From an uncultured Alphaproteobacteria bacterium (GTDB lineage: Bacteria; Pseudomonadota; Alphaproteobacteria; Rs-D84), in contig CAMHTQ010000005.1 of the NCBI GenBank assembly GCA_946188105.1, positions 200 to 64,199 on the forward strand: 64,000 nt of DNA. The letters run 5' to 3'. This document shows, piece after piece, positions 56,031-64,000 of this stretch; position 1 is the stretch's first letter, and each line of letters starts with the position of its first letter. The translations under genes and the position numbers were made by a program. The notes beneath the pieces were generated by a model, which had not been told where the DNA came from, ran no database searches, and saw only the letters and a list, made by a program, of their open reading frames with translations.

Positions 56031-57107
56031 ATGGCAAAAAAAGAAAAAGAAGTTAGTACAGCACCGGCCAAAAATCCAGCATTGGAATCTGCTTTGGCTC
56101 AAATTCAAAAACAATTCGGTAAAGAAGCCATTATGAAAATGGGCGATGGGTCTCAACAAAATATCGAGGCAATTTCATCTGGTTCATTGGGATTGGATAT
56201 TGCGTTGGGTGTTGGTGGTTATCCTCGTGGTCGTATCGTTGAAATTTATGGTCCAGAAAGTTCTGGTAAAACAACATTGGCTTTGCATGCTGTGGCCGAG
56301 GCACAGAAAAAAGGTGGCACATGTGCGTATATTGATGCCGAAAATGCATTGGATCCAAGTTATGCTAAAAAGTTGGGTTGTAATGTTTCTGAATTGATTA
56401 TTTCTCAACCAGATTCTGGGGAACAAGCATTAGAGATTGCTGATACACTTATCAAATCTGGTGCGGTCGATGTTGTTGTTATCGATTCGGTTGCGGCATT
56501 GGTGCCAAAGGCAGAATTAGAAGGAAATATTGGCGATTCTTTTGTTGGAACAACCGCGCGTTTGATGTCTCAATCGTTAAAAAAGTTGGCGGGCAGTGTT
56601 TCGCGCAGTAATACATTGTTAATCTTTATTAACCAAATCCGTATGAAGATTGGTGTTATGTTCGGTAATCCTGAAACAACATCTGGTGGTAATGCGTTAA
56701 AGTTCTATGCGTCTGTTCGTTTGGATATTCGCAGAACCGGTGCAATCAAAGATAAAGAAAATGTTGTTGGAAATGAAACACGTGTCAAAATTGTTAAAAA
56801 CAAAGTTGCACCACCTTTCCGTACTGTTGATTTCAAAATTATGTATGGCGAGGGTATTTCTCGTATCAGTGAAATTATAGACATGGGTGTTAAATATAAC
56901 ATCATTGAAAAGGCTGGCAGTTTTTATTCTTACAATGATGAACGTTTGGGTCAGGGCGAGGCAAATGTTCGTGCTTGGCTCAAAGGACATGAAGATGTTC
57001 AAAAAGAATTGTTGGATAAAATTATGGCCAAGGCATCCGGCATTGCCGAGGAAATGACAACTGGGCCATCTGACGATGATGATGTTGTAGAGGCGGTAGA
57101 AGAATAA
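56031..57107 (+). CDS. recA: recombinase RecA
   Basis: [12 protein letters not shown] Walker [19 protein letters not shown]2 loop [24 protein letters not shown]. Start at MAKKEKE. Confidence 0.96.
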   Translation: MAKKEKEVSTAPAKNPALESALAQIQKQFGKEAIMKMGDGSQQNIEAISSGSLGLDIALGVGGYPRGRIVEIYGPESSGKTTLALHAVAEAQKKGGTCAYIDAENALDPSYAKKLGCNVSELIISQPDSGEQALEIADTLIKSGAVDVVVIDSVAALVPKAELEGNIGDSFVGTTARLMSQSLKKLAGSVSRSNTLLIFINQIRMKIGVMFGNPETTSGGNALKFYASVRLDIRRTGAIKDKENVVGNETRVKIVKNKVAPPFRTVDFKIMYGEGISRISEIIDMGVKYNIIEKAGSFYSYNDERLGQGEANVRAWLKGHEDVQKELLDKIMAKASGIAEEMTTGPSDDDDVVEAVEE

Positions 57108-57167
57108 TATCGGGCGGTGTATTTACACCGCCTGAATTTACGGGGTAAAAAATCAAAGGAGTGATAT

Positions 57168-58064
57168 ATGAAGTTAGCACGATTTTTTGCAGTAACCAAG
57201 GTTGTTTTGTTTGGACATATTTTAAATCCTTTGTGGTGGTCACGTGAACATCGTCGTCAGCATCGCAGTGATGTTATTTCCAAAGTTATACCAAAATATT
57301 TTAAACGGTATTTGCCTGCGGCGGCTGGAATTCCAGAACGCAAAGTTGAAAAAAATGATAAAGGTGAAAAAATCTGGACAATATGGTTGCAAGGTGAAGC
57401 AAAGGCACCAGCATTGGTGACGGCTTGCTTTAAAAGTGTGCGTCGTCATTGCAAACAGGAATTGATTGTTTTAGATGAAAATACAATTTTTGATTATATA
57501 ACTTTGCCACAGGAAATTGTTCAGAAATATAAACAAGGAAAAATTGCCAGGGCGCATTTTGCTGATATATGTCGTGTTGAATTGTTATATGAACATGGTG
57601 GTATTTGGCTGGATGCGACTGCGTTTGTTACCAGACCAATTGATGATTGGATTATAAAGGAAGATTTCTTTGTGTTTTTAACAGGACATGCAGGCAGTCC
57701 GTACAGTTTTATGCAAAACTGTTTTATACGTAGCAGAAAAGGTGCATATTTGCTGGATGCGTGGCGTGCTATGATACTGGATTATTGGATGCATGAAAAT
57801 CACAACTTTGATTATTTTATGCACCAGTTATTATTTAAAACATTGGTTATGAATGATCCTCGTGCCAAAGAATATTTTGCAAAAATGCCTCATGTTGACC
57901 AAGATCCAACACATATGTTGTGGTGGGATTATCAACATAAACCATTTGATCAGGAAACTTTTGACAAGGTTACATCTGGGGCTTTCTTTCAAAAGGTTAC
58001 ATATCGTGGTGCGGACAAACCAATACCTGGTTCGTTTGCTGATGTCATGATAAATAAAATGTAA
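57168..58064 (+). CDS. capsular polysaccharide synthesis-type glycosyltransferase (Caps_synth / OCH1-like)
   Basis: IWTIWLQGE...FADICRVELLYEHGGIWLDATAF pattern. SD AAAGGAG. Confidence 0.65.
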   Translation: MKLARFFAVTKVVLFGHILNPLWWSREHRRQHRSDVISKVIPKYFKRYLPAAAGIPERKVEKNDKGEKIWTIWLQGEAKAPALVTACFKSVRRHCKQELIVLDENTIFDYITLPQEIVQKYKQGKIARAHFADICRVELLYEHGGIWLDATAFVTRPIDDWIIKEDFFVFLTGHAGSPYSFMQNCFIRSRKGAYLLDAWRAMILDYWMHENHNFDYFMHQLLFKTLVMNDPRAKEYFAKMPHVDQDPTHMLWWDYQHKPFDQETFDKVTSGAFFQKVTYRGADKPIPGSFADVMINKM

Positions 58065-58076
58065 AAGGTGATTTTA

Positions 58077-59093
58077 ATGCGTCCAAAAATTTCGATTATT
58101 ATTCCAATGTATGGTGTGGAAAAATATTTGCCACGATGCTTGGATTCTGTATTGAATCAGACATTTAAAGATTGGCAGGCAATTTTGGTTGATGATGGGT
58201 CGCCTGATAAATCGGGTGAAATCGCAGAAAGTTATGCTGCGCGCGATAAACGTTTTGTTGTTATTCATAAAGAAAATGGTGGTTTGTCGGATGCTCGTAA
58301 TGCTGGTATGCCCAAGGCAACTGGTGATTATATTATGTATCTGGACAGTGATGATTTTATTCATCCGCAAACTATGGAAATTGCATACGCGTTGGCAAAG
58401 GAAAATAATTCTGATATTGTGTCGTTTACATACGACAGATTTTATCGTCCTCAGTTGATGGTGTATCATAAACTGGGTTTGGATACAGATAATGTTGTGC
58501 CATTGGGAATAAAGAAAAGATATAAACTGAATAAAATCAAATTTAAAACGGTGGATGATGTGTATGAATATGCAACTGATTCTGCACATAATGCTTTTAA
58601 TCCGAATCGCAAATGGCTGATTAAACATTGTCAGGTTTGGAAAAATTTATATAAACGCGAGTTAATCCAAGATATTCCATTTATCAAAGGTATTTTGTTT
58701 GAAGATTTTCCTTGGTGGTCGCGCGTAATGTTGCGGAATCCACGTGTCACAATTGCCCCATTGCCATTGTATTATTATATTCCTAATTTTGGTGGAATTG
58801 TATTGAGTGCCAAGCAATTACGTATTATGCAGAGTTTGGTCGAGGGTATAAAAGATTCTTTTGTTCTGTATAAAGATCAGGCAGATGCACACCAGATGAA
58901 ATTGTGGTCTGAAAACTTTTTATGGTTCTTTGTGAATTGGGCATTTCGTAAAATTAAATATCTGAAAACTGATGAAGAATTAAAGGTTGCAAAACAATCC
59001 TTTACAGATTTATATAATTTGGGTGTGTTTGAATCTGTGCCAAAATCACGCAGAAAGTTGGCGGCAAAGATTCTAGATTTTATCGGGAAATAA
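58077..59093 (+). CDS. family 2 glycosyltransferase, paralog A
   Basis: ISIIIPMYGVEKYLPRCLDSVLNQTFKDWQAILVDDGSPD...YLDSDD (GT2 DxD). Confidence 0.85.
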   Translation: MRPKISIIIPMYGVEKYLPRCLDSVLNQTFKDWQAILVDDGSPDKSGEIAESYAARDKRFVVIHKENGGLSDARNAGMPKATGDYIMYLDSDDFIHPQTMEIAYALAKENNSDIVSFTYDRFYRPQLMVYHKLGLDTDNVVPLGIKKRYKLNKIKFKTVDDVYEYATDSAHNAFNPNRKWLIKHCQVWKNLYKRELIQDIPFIKGILFEDFPWWSRVMLRNPRVTIAPLPLYYYIPNFGGIVLSAKQLRIMQSLVEGIKDSFVLYKDQADAHQMKLWSENFLWFFVNWAFRKIKYLKTDEELKVAKQSFTDLYNLGVFESVPKSRRKLAAKILDFIGK

Positions 59094-59094
59094 A

Positions 59095-60084
59095 ATGAGT
59101 AGAATATCAATCATAATTCCAATATATAATGTGGAAAAATATCTGCCACGATGCTTGGATTCTGTGCTGAACCAAACGTTTAAGGATTGGCAGGCAATTT
59201 TGGTTGATGACGGCAGTACAGATAAATCTGGTAAAATTGCAGATAAATATGCCCGTCATGATAAGCGGTTTGTTGTTGTTCATAAAGAAAATTCTGGGGT
59301 CAGTGATACCCGAAATTATGGTGTAAAAAAAGCACGTTCCGAATATTTGATGTTTTTAGATGCTGATGATGTTTTGCATCCCCAGACAATAGAGATTGCG
59401 TACAAATTTGCAACTGAAAATAATGCAGATATTGTATCGTTCAAATATGATAAAAAATTGTATGATGCGGTGGCACATGGTGCAGATTCGCATGAAATGT
59501 TGGAAAAACGTTGTTCGATTACATATAAAAATATTAAATATAAAACAACAGATAAGTTGATAAATTATGCAACAGAGAGAAATCACAGTTTTGGACGGTT
59601 TAAAATACGACATTGTTATCCGGTTGTGCATTTGTATAAATATGATTTGGTGAAAAATATTAAATTTAATCGTGATATTAAAATATCAGAAGATTTTCCT
59701 TTTTGGACATCGGTATTGTTATGTAATCCAAAAGCGGTGGTTTTAGATTTGCCATTATATTTTTATATTCCAAATAATACATCGGCTTTGAAATCTGCGG
59801 ATTCAAAAAAGGTGTTTGATAATGTCGCCAAGGCAATTATGACTGCATACAAAGATGTTGTGGCTGGCAATCAAAATACAAATTGGATAAAGGTATGGCA
59901 AAAAGAATTTTTGTGGCCATTTATAATAATATGTATGCGTGCAGCCAGTGGTGTGGCAGACACAGGTTATGTCAAAAAAACTTTGATTAAAATGGAAAAA
60001 TTGGGTGTGTTTGAAAGCCCACAAACCATGCGTGCACGTAAATATAAACGCAGAATTGAAAAAATTATATCCCAGATTTCTTGA
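59095..60084 (+). CDS. family 2 glycosyltransferase, paralog B
   Basis: ISIIIPIYNVEKYLPRCLDSVLNQTFKDWQAILVDDGSTD...FLDADD. Confidence 0.85.
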   Translation: MSRISIIIPIYNVEKYLPRCLDSVLNQTFKDWQAILVDDGSTDKSGKIADKYARHDKRFVVVHKENSGVSDTRNYGVKKARSEYLMFLDADDVLHPQTIEIAYKFATENNADIVSFKYDKKLYDAVAHGADSHEMLEKRCSITYKNIKYKTTDKLINYATERNHSFGRFKIRHCYPVVHLYKYDLVKNIKFNRDIKISEDFPFWTSVLLCNPKAVVLDLPLYFYIPNNTSALKSADSKKVFDNVAKAIMTAYKDVVAGNQNTNWIKVWQKEFLWPFIIICMRAASGVADTGYVKKTLIKMEKLGVFESPQTMRARKYKRRIEKIISQIS

Positions 60085-60901
60085 AACGACTTGGAATTTT
60101 TACAACGCGTTTAATTCCCAACATACCTGGTTTATCAAATGCATAAATGGGTCTGAATATTTGTTGCATAATACGTGCAGTTTTTAACCATTTTTCATTG
60201 TGTGCTGGCATATTTGTTGTGGCATTTATTGTGCCATTGCCACGACGATGCAGGTGGTTTAGCCAATCGGCACCGCGTGCGGCGGCTTTCTTTTCCAGCA
60301 TTTTTAAGTCGATTGCACCAAAATGCAGCAAATATAAATTTTTATCTATGTGAAAATTTTTGCCACGAACACTGTGAAATCCGCTGCCCCATGGTGATTT
60401 TGTTACTTTAACAACTGGTTTTGTGTATCTGGTCGAGAGCAGGGCGAATTCGCGTTGTTCCAAAAATGGTGCATCCATATCTAATTCGGATTCGCAGTTT
60501 AAATTTTGACCAACATCCAATCCTAATCCTGATACAGATGTTTTAATTTTCAAATTTGATAAATATTCAGTCAGTGATTTTTTTGTGTTTGGATCAACAA
60601 TTAAAAATTCATCCGTGTCGCAACCAATCACAATATCGTATGTTTTTAATAATTCTGTTGCCAGTTCAGACAATTTGCCGATTCGGTATTTGTCGCCAGA
60701 AGCCCGAGATAAATTTTTATGTGGTAATTTTGTTACGTGTGCATTACCAGAATTTTCAGGAATTTTTTGATCGGTGCCGTCCAGCAAGATGTATAAATTT
60801 TCTGTGCCAAACTGTTTTCCATAATATGCAATCCAACGTGATAAAAAGAATTCGTCATCACGAGCCATTGTTATTGCAGCAATGCGTTTTTGCTTTTTCA
60901 T
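60065..60901 (-). CDS. glycosyltransferase-like protein (GT2-like/GT92-like fold)
   Basis: IAAITMARDDEFFLSRWIAYY...YILLDGTDQ...GCDTDEF pattern. 1-nt TAATG overlap with the upstream gene. Confidence 0.5.
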   Translation of the reverse strand: MKKQKRIAAITMARDDEFFLSRWIAYYGKQFGTENLYILLDGTDQKIPENSGNAHVTKLPHKNLSRASGDKYRIGKLSELATELLKTYDIVIGCDTDEFLIVDPNTKKSLTEYLSNLKIKTSVSGLGLDVGQNLNCESELDMDAPFLEQREFALLSTRYTKPVVKVTKSPWGSGFHSVRGKNFHIDKNLYLLHFGAIDLKMLEKKAAARGADWLNHLHRRGNGTINATTNMPAHNEKWLKTARIMQQIFRPIYAFDKPGMLGIKRVVKIPSRFKKSGI

Positions 60902-61746
60902 TATTTATTCCTTAATTTTTGTATTGCATATTTAATTCCGCGTAGAAGCGCCTTGACTGGATTTTTGGTTAATAACCACGATATATATTTTTCTGTATAT
61001 GCATGATTTGCGGCATTTAATATTGCGGTGCGTGCAGATTTATCACAATGTGATAATACATAATTTAATTGATAACCAATTGAACCGTTATGACGTGTAA
61101 ATGACATTTTTTTAATAAAGGGGCACCCTAGACGAAATAATTTTTTTGGATTGTTATAAACGCTGCGCCCAGGACATACAAAAGGACAACGCCATGTGCC
61201 ACCGTTTTCTTCTAACAGGTCGGTAAATTTGTTTTCATATAATATTGTAACTAAATATTTATGTTCTTGGCGTTTAACAGACATAATAAATTTATCAAAC
61301 CAAATACTTTCAAATACAGATTTTTGCATCCCAATAAACCAAGATTGAATGTGTCTGTATCTGGTGTGTTTGCTTTCTGTCATGCCAAATGCATCGGTAT
61401 TATATGATTCCATTTTTTCTAATACCGGTTTTAAATCATGCAATGGACCGTATACAGAATCGTTTGCCAAATATACGAAATTATAATTCTTTAAAATGTC
61501 GTGTTTTTTTGCATATTCATATGCACGTTTATATGAACCAAAATCATATTCGCTATGACGTTTTCCCATACGGCAAATCGTGTAATTTTTCACCTTGGCA
61601 AGTTCTGAAGCGGTGCAATCGGAATCCATGCATAAAATGACGTCGCCACATTTTGCAAGATTTTGAATATAAAAAATCAATGCATCATCAATGATGCCCT
61701 GTGCATCATAACCAGCCAGTAAAAAAAGTCGTTTTGGTTTGTTCAT
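60901..61746 (-). CDS. rhamnan-synthesis-F-like polysaccharide biosynthesis protein
   Basis: FLLAGYDAQGIIDDALIFYIQNL...ANDSVYGP pattern reminiscent of RgpF family proteins. Confidence 0.45.
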   Translation of the reverse strand: MNKPKRLFLLAGYDAQGIIDDALIFYIQNLAKCGDVILCMDSDCTASELAKVKNYTICRMGKRHSEYDFGSYKRAYEYAKKHDILKNYNFVYLANDSVYGPLHDLKPVLEKMESYNTDAFGMTESKHTRYRHIQSWFIGMQKSVFESIWFDKFIMSVKRQEHKYLVTILYENKFTDLLEENGGTWRCPFVCPGRSVYNNPKKLFRLGCPFIKKMSFTRHNGSIGYQLNYVLSHCDKSARTAILNAANHAYTEKYISWLLTKNPVKALLRGIKYAIQKLRNK

Positions 61747-61806
61747 GTTATTACCTTGAAAGGACTATACTATATTTAGTATAATTTTTCAACAAAGGAT
61801 ATAAAC

Positions 61807-63003
61807 ATGAATTATTGTATTATTGGGGAACCAAATTTCAAAAGATATTTTAAGAAATCTGTGTCAAAACAGTATGAAAAGACAACAAATATAACATGTT
61901 TTGATAATGCTATCATAGTAAATGAACATAAACGTGGATTCGGTGTGTTTGATGAAAATTATAAATTGATCAAAAACTCTTTACAGACCCGTCGTAATAA
62001 ATCACAATTTATACCAAAATTTAAGCATGATAATATCCCTTATGTTGATGAAGAGGTGGTTTTTATTGGAAATGTAAATAATTATTTTGGACATTTTTTA
62101 TTAGAACATATGAATAGAATTTATGCATTGATGGATAAAAAGTACAAAGATAGAAAAGTTGTTTTAATAAATGATAAAAATTTACAGTTTGTTCCTGAAT
62201 ACATTTATAAATTCATAGAATTTTTTGGAATAAAGCGTGACAAGGTTATCATACTTAATGAAACAACAAGATTTAGAAATGTGTGCATCCCATCACAAAG
62301 TTTTAATTGCAGATTATATAATTCTGATTCTTTTGCAAAGACTTTTGATAGAATTGCTGAAAATATACCTGATGAAGAAATATGCGACAAGATATATGTT
62401 TCAAGGGCAAAATTAGATGAAGTACATAAAACATGGGGCGAAGAAAAAGTTCAGAAAGTTTTTGAAAAGAACGGGTTTAAAATAATTTATCCAGAAACAT
62501 TATCGTTACAATCTCAGATTGCTTTGATAAAAAATTGTAAGGTTTTGGCTGGTTGTGCTGGTACTGCTTTGCATCTTGCATTATTTATGAAACCAGGTGG
62601 TACAGTTATTTCTATAAAAAGAAATAGAAGACCAGCATGTAATGCAATGATTCAGAACAATGTGAACAAGACAAAACAATTAAACGGAATATTTATATCT
62701 GGTTCTGTTGAAACAAATAAAACTTTTCATAGTACTACTGCACCACAAATAATCGGTGTAAATAAATATATGAAACAATTCTTTGATGAATATGGATATA
62801 AATATACTGATAAAGATTTAGGGGTAGATGATAAAGCATGGCAAGAATACGAAAGTGTTATGGCTGAATACAACAAAAAACATGGTAATTCTTTATCAAG
62901 AATATTGAAACGTTTTCTTATTAAATATACTTCTATATTTATTCCAGGACGTGAAAACCGTAACAATTATAGACAATGGTTGAAAAAAATTTTAGATTAT
63001 TAA
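61807..63003 (+). CDS. glycosyltransferase family 61 / DUF563 protein
   Basis: YFGHFLLEHMNRIY, IYVSRAK, GCAGTALHLALFMKPG motifs. Confidence 0.6.
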   Translation: MNYCIIGEPNFKRYFKKSVSKQYEKTTNITCFDNAIIVNEHKRGFGVFDENYKLIKNSLQTRRNKSQFIPKFKHDNIPYVDEEVVFIGNVNNYFGHFLLEHMNRIYALMDKKYKDRKVVLINDKNLQFVPEYIYKFIEFFGIKRDKVIILNETTRFRNVCIPSQSFNCRLYNSDSFAKTFDRIAENIPDEEICDKIYVSRAKLDEVHKTWGEEKVQKVFEKNGFKIIYPETLSLQSQIALIKNCKVLAGCAGTALHLALFMKPGGTVISIKRNRRPACNAMIQNNVNKTKQLNGIFISGSVETNKTFHSTTAPQIIGVNKYMKQFFDEYGYKYTDKDLGVDDKAWQEYESVMAEYNKKHGNSLSRILKRFLIKYTSIFIPGRENRNNYRQWLKKILDY

Positions 63004-63014
63004 ACAAAATAAAA

Positions 63015-63040
63015 AACCGCCAAATATGGCGGTTTGATTT
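63015..63040. terminator. bidirectional rho-independent terminator
   Basis: AACCGCCA-AATA-TGGCGGTT with a flanking A-run and T-rich tail, between convergent genes. Confidence 0.7.
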
Positions 63041-64000
63041 TTAGTCGTCTGTTTCAGCAAAACGATATGCTTTTTTACGTTTGCCACTATCTAACTCTTT
63101 CTTTCTTAAACGAATTGTTGCAGGTGTTACCTCTACTAACTCGTCATCTTGGATATAAGACAGTGCTTCTTCTAATGAGATTTTTCTTGGTGGTGCCAAG
63201 AATAATTTCTCGTCTGCTGTAACTGAACGTACATTGGTTAATTGTTTACCGCGAACAGGATTTACCTCGATATCATTTTCTTTGCTGTGTTCACCAACAA
63301 TCATACCGGAATAAACCTCGGTTTGTGGACCAACAAATAAAACACCACGTGGTTCCAAATTGTGCAGGGCATACGTTGTTGTTTGTCCTGCCTCCATAGA
63401 AACCAAAACACCTGGACGATATTGGCTGATTGGACCACGATATTCGTCATATTTATCAAATACGCGGTTCATAATACCTGTGCCACGTGTGTCGGTGCGG
63501 AATTCAGACAAATAACCAATCAAGCCACGTGATGGTGCAGAAAATACGATACGTGTTTTTCCAATACCAGATGGTTTCATTTCTGTAATTGTTGCTTTAC
63601 GTTTTGTCATTTTTTCAATAACAACACCGCTGAATTCGTCATCCACATCAATCACAACTTCTTCGATTGGTTCTAATTTTTCACCGTTGTCACCGGTGTG
63701 CATAATAACACGTGGACGCGATACAGATAATTCAAATCCTTCACGGCGCATTGTTTCGATTAAAATACCTAATTGCAATTCACCACGACCAGATACTTCG
63801 AAACTTTCGTTGTTTGCACTTTGTGTAACTTTTAATGCGATATTGGTTTCTGCTTCGCGGAATAATCTTTCGCCGATTACACGTGATGTCAATTTTTTAC
63901 CAGATTTACCAGCCAATGGAGATGTGTTAACGAAAAATGTCATTGTCAGGGTAGGTGGATCGATTGGTAATGCAGGAATTGGATCAGTTACAGATGGATC
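63041..64000 (-). CDS. typA: translational GTPase TypA/BipA, C-terminal ~319 aa (5' end outside window)
   Basis: DPPTLTMTFxVNTSPLAGKSGK, GRGELQLGILIETMRREGFELSVSRPRV and the C-terminal BipA-specific domain. Frame is open to the window edge. Confidence 0.92.
   Translation of the reverse strand, partial: DPSVTDPIPALPIDPPTLTMTFFVNTSPLAGKSGKKLTSRVIGERLFREAETNIALKVTQSANNESFEVSGRGELQLGILIETMRREGFELSVSRPRVIMHTGDNGEKLEPIEEVVIDVDDEFSGVVIEKMTKRKATITEMKPSGIGKTRIVFSAPSRGLIGYLSEFRTDTRGTGIMNRVFDKYDEYRGPISQYRPGVLVSMEAGQTTTYALHNLEPRGVLFVGPQTEVYSGMIVGEHSKENDIEVNPVRGKQLTNVRSVTADEKLFLAPPRKISLEEALSYIQDDELVEVTPATIRLRKKELDSGKRKKAYRFAETDD

Noticed and set aside
58074-58628. 184-aa minus-strand ORF
   Set aside because: It is antisense to the GT2 gene, whose motifs are unambiguous. 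The product is Ile/His/Phe-rich, typical of an AT-rich antisense frame.

Overview
AT-rich chromosomal window from a Gram-negative bacterium. It is most likely an alphaproteobacterium, judging from the RecA sequence, an alpha-type AddB, and SecB, LolCDE, MltA, DUF721/DciA, LpoA-rsmI and AsmA. This placement is inference from motifs; no search was run. About 60 genes are dense and mostly operonic. Housekeeping genes: gyrB (partial), ung, dgkA, aspS, uvrB, tsaE, ftsQ, ftsA, lolE/lolD, rsmI, engB, addB, xthA, mnmE, ruvA, yebC, ruvC, mltA, secB, recA, typA (partial). There are four tRNAs, all with encoded CCA: Met/Ile2-CAU, Thr-GGU, Gly-UCC, Tyr-GUA. No rRNA, CRISPR array, transposase or integrase was seen. 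Main second-look items: (1) a textbook T-box antiterminator core (AATTCGGGTGGCACCGCG with a 7-nt UGGCACC bulge) in the aspS leader. The lineage is unexpected, no intrinsic terminator follows, and a possible SD-sequestration relay is present. (2) A 10-kb co-directional, tightly packed block (18893-28892). It joins an orphan secretin-like lipoprotein, lolE, an unknown gene wedged into the lol operon, lolD, and four exported proteins. The last two are an ATGA-coupled pair: a Gly/Ala-zipper protein and a 1112-aa Cys-rich, bilobed-hydrophobic, triple-repeat, HExxH protein. (3) An in-frame FtsA-ribulose-phosphate-epimerase fusion downstream of ftsQ. (4) Three tandem acyl-CoA synthetase paralogs followed by two paralogous lipoproteins. 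(5) A nucleotidyltransferase cassette bracketed by a duplicated tRNA terminator. (6) A glycosyltransferase island between recA and typA, plus several lineage-specific secreted or lipoprotein genes. All product calls rest on motifs read by eye; no database search was possible.
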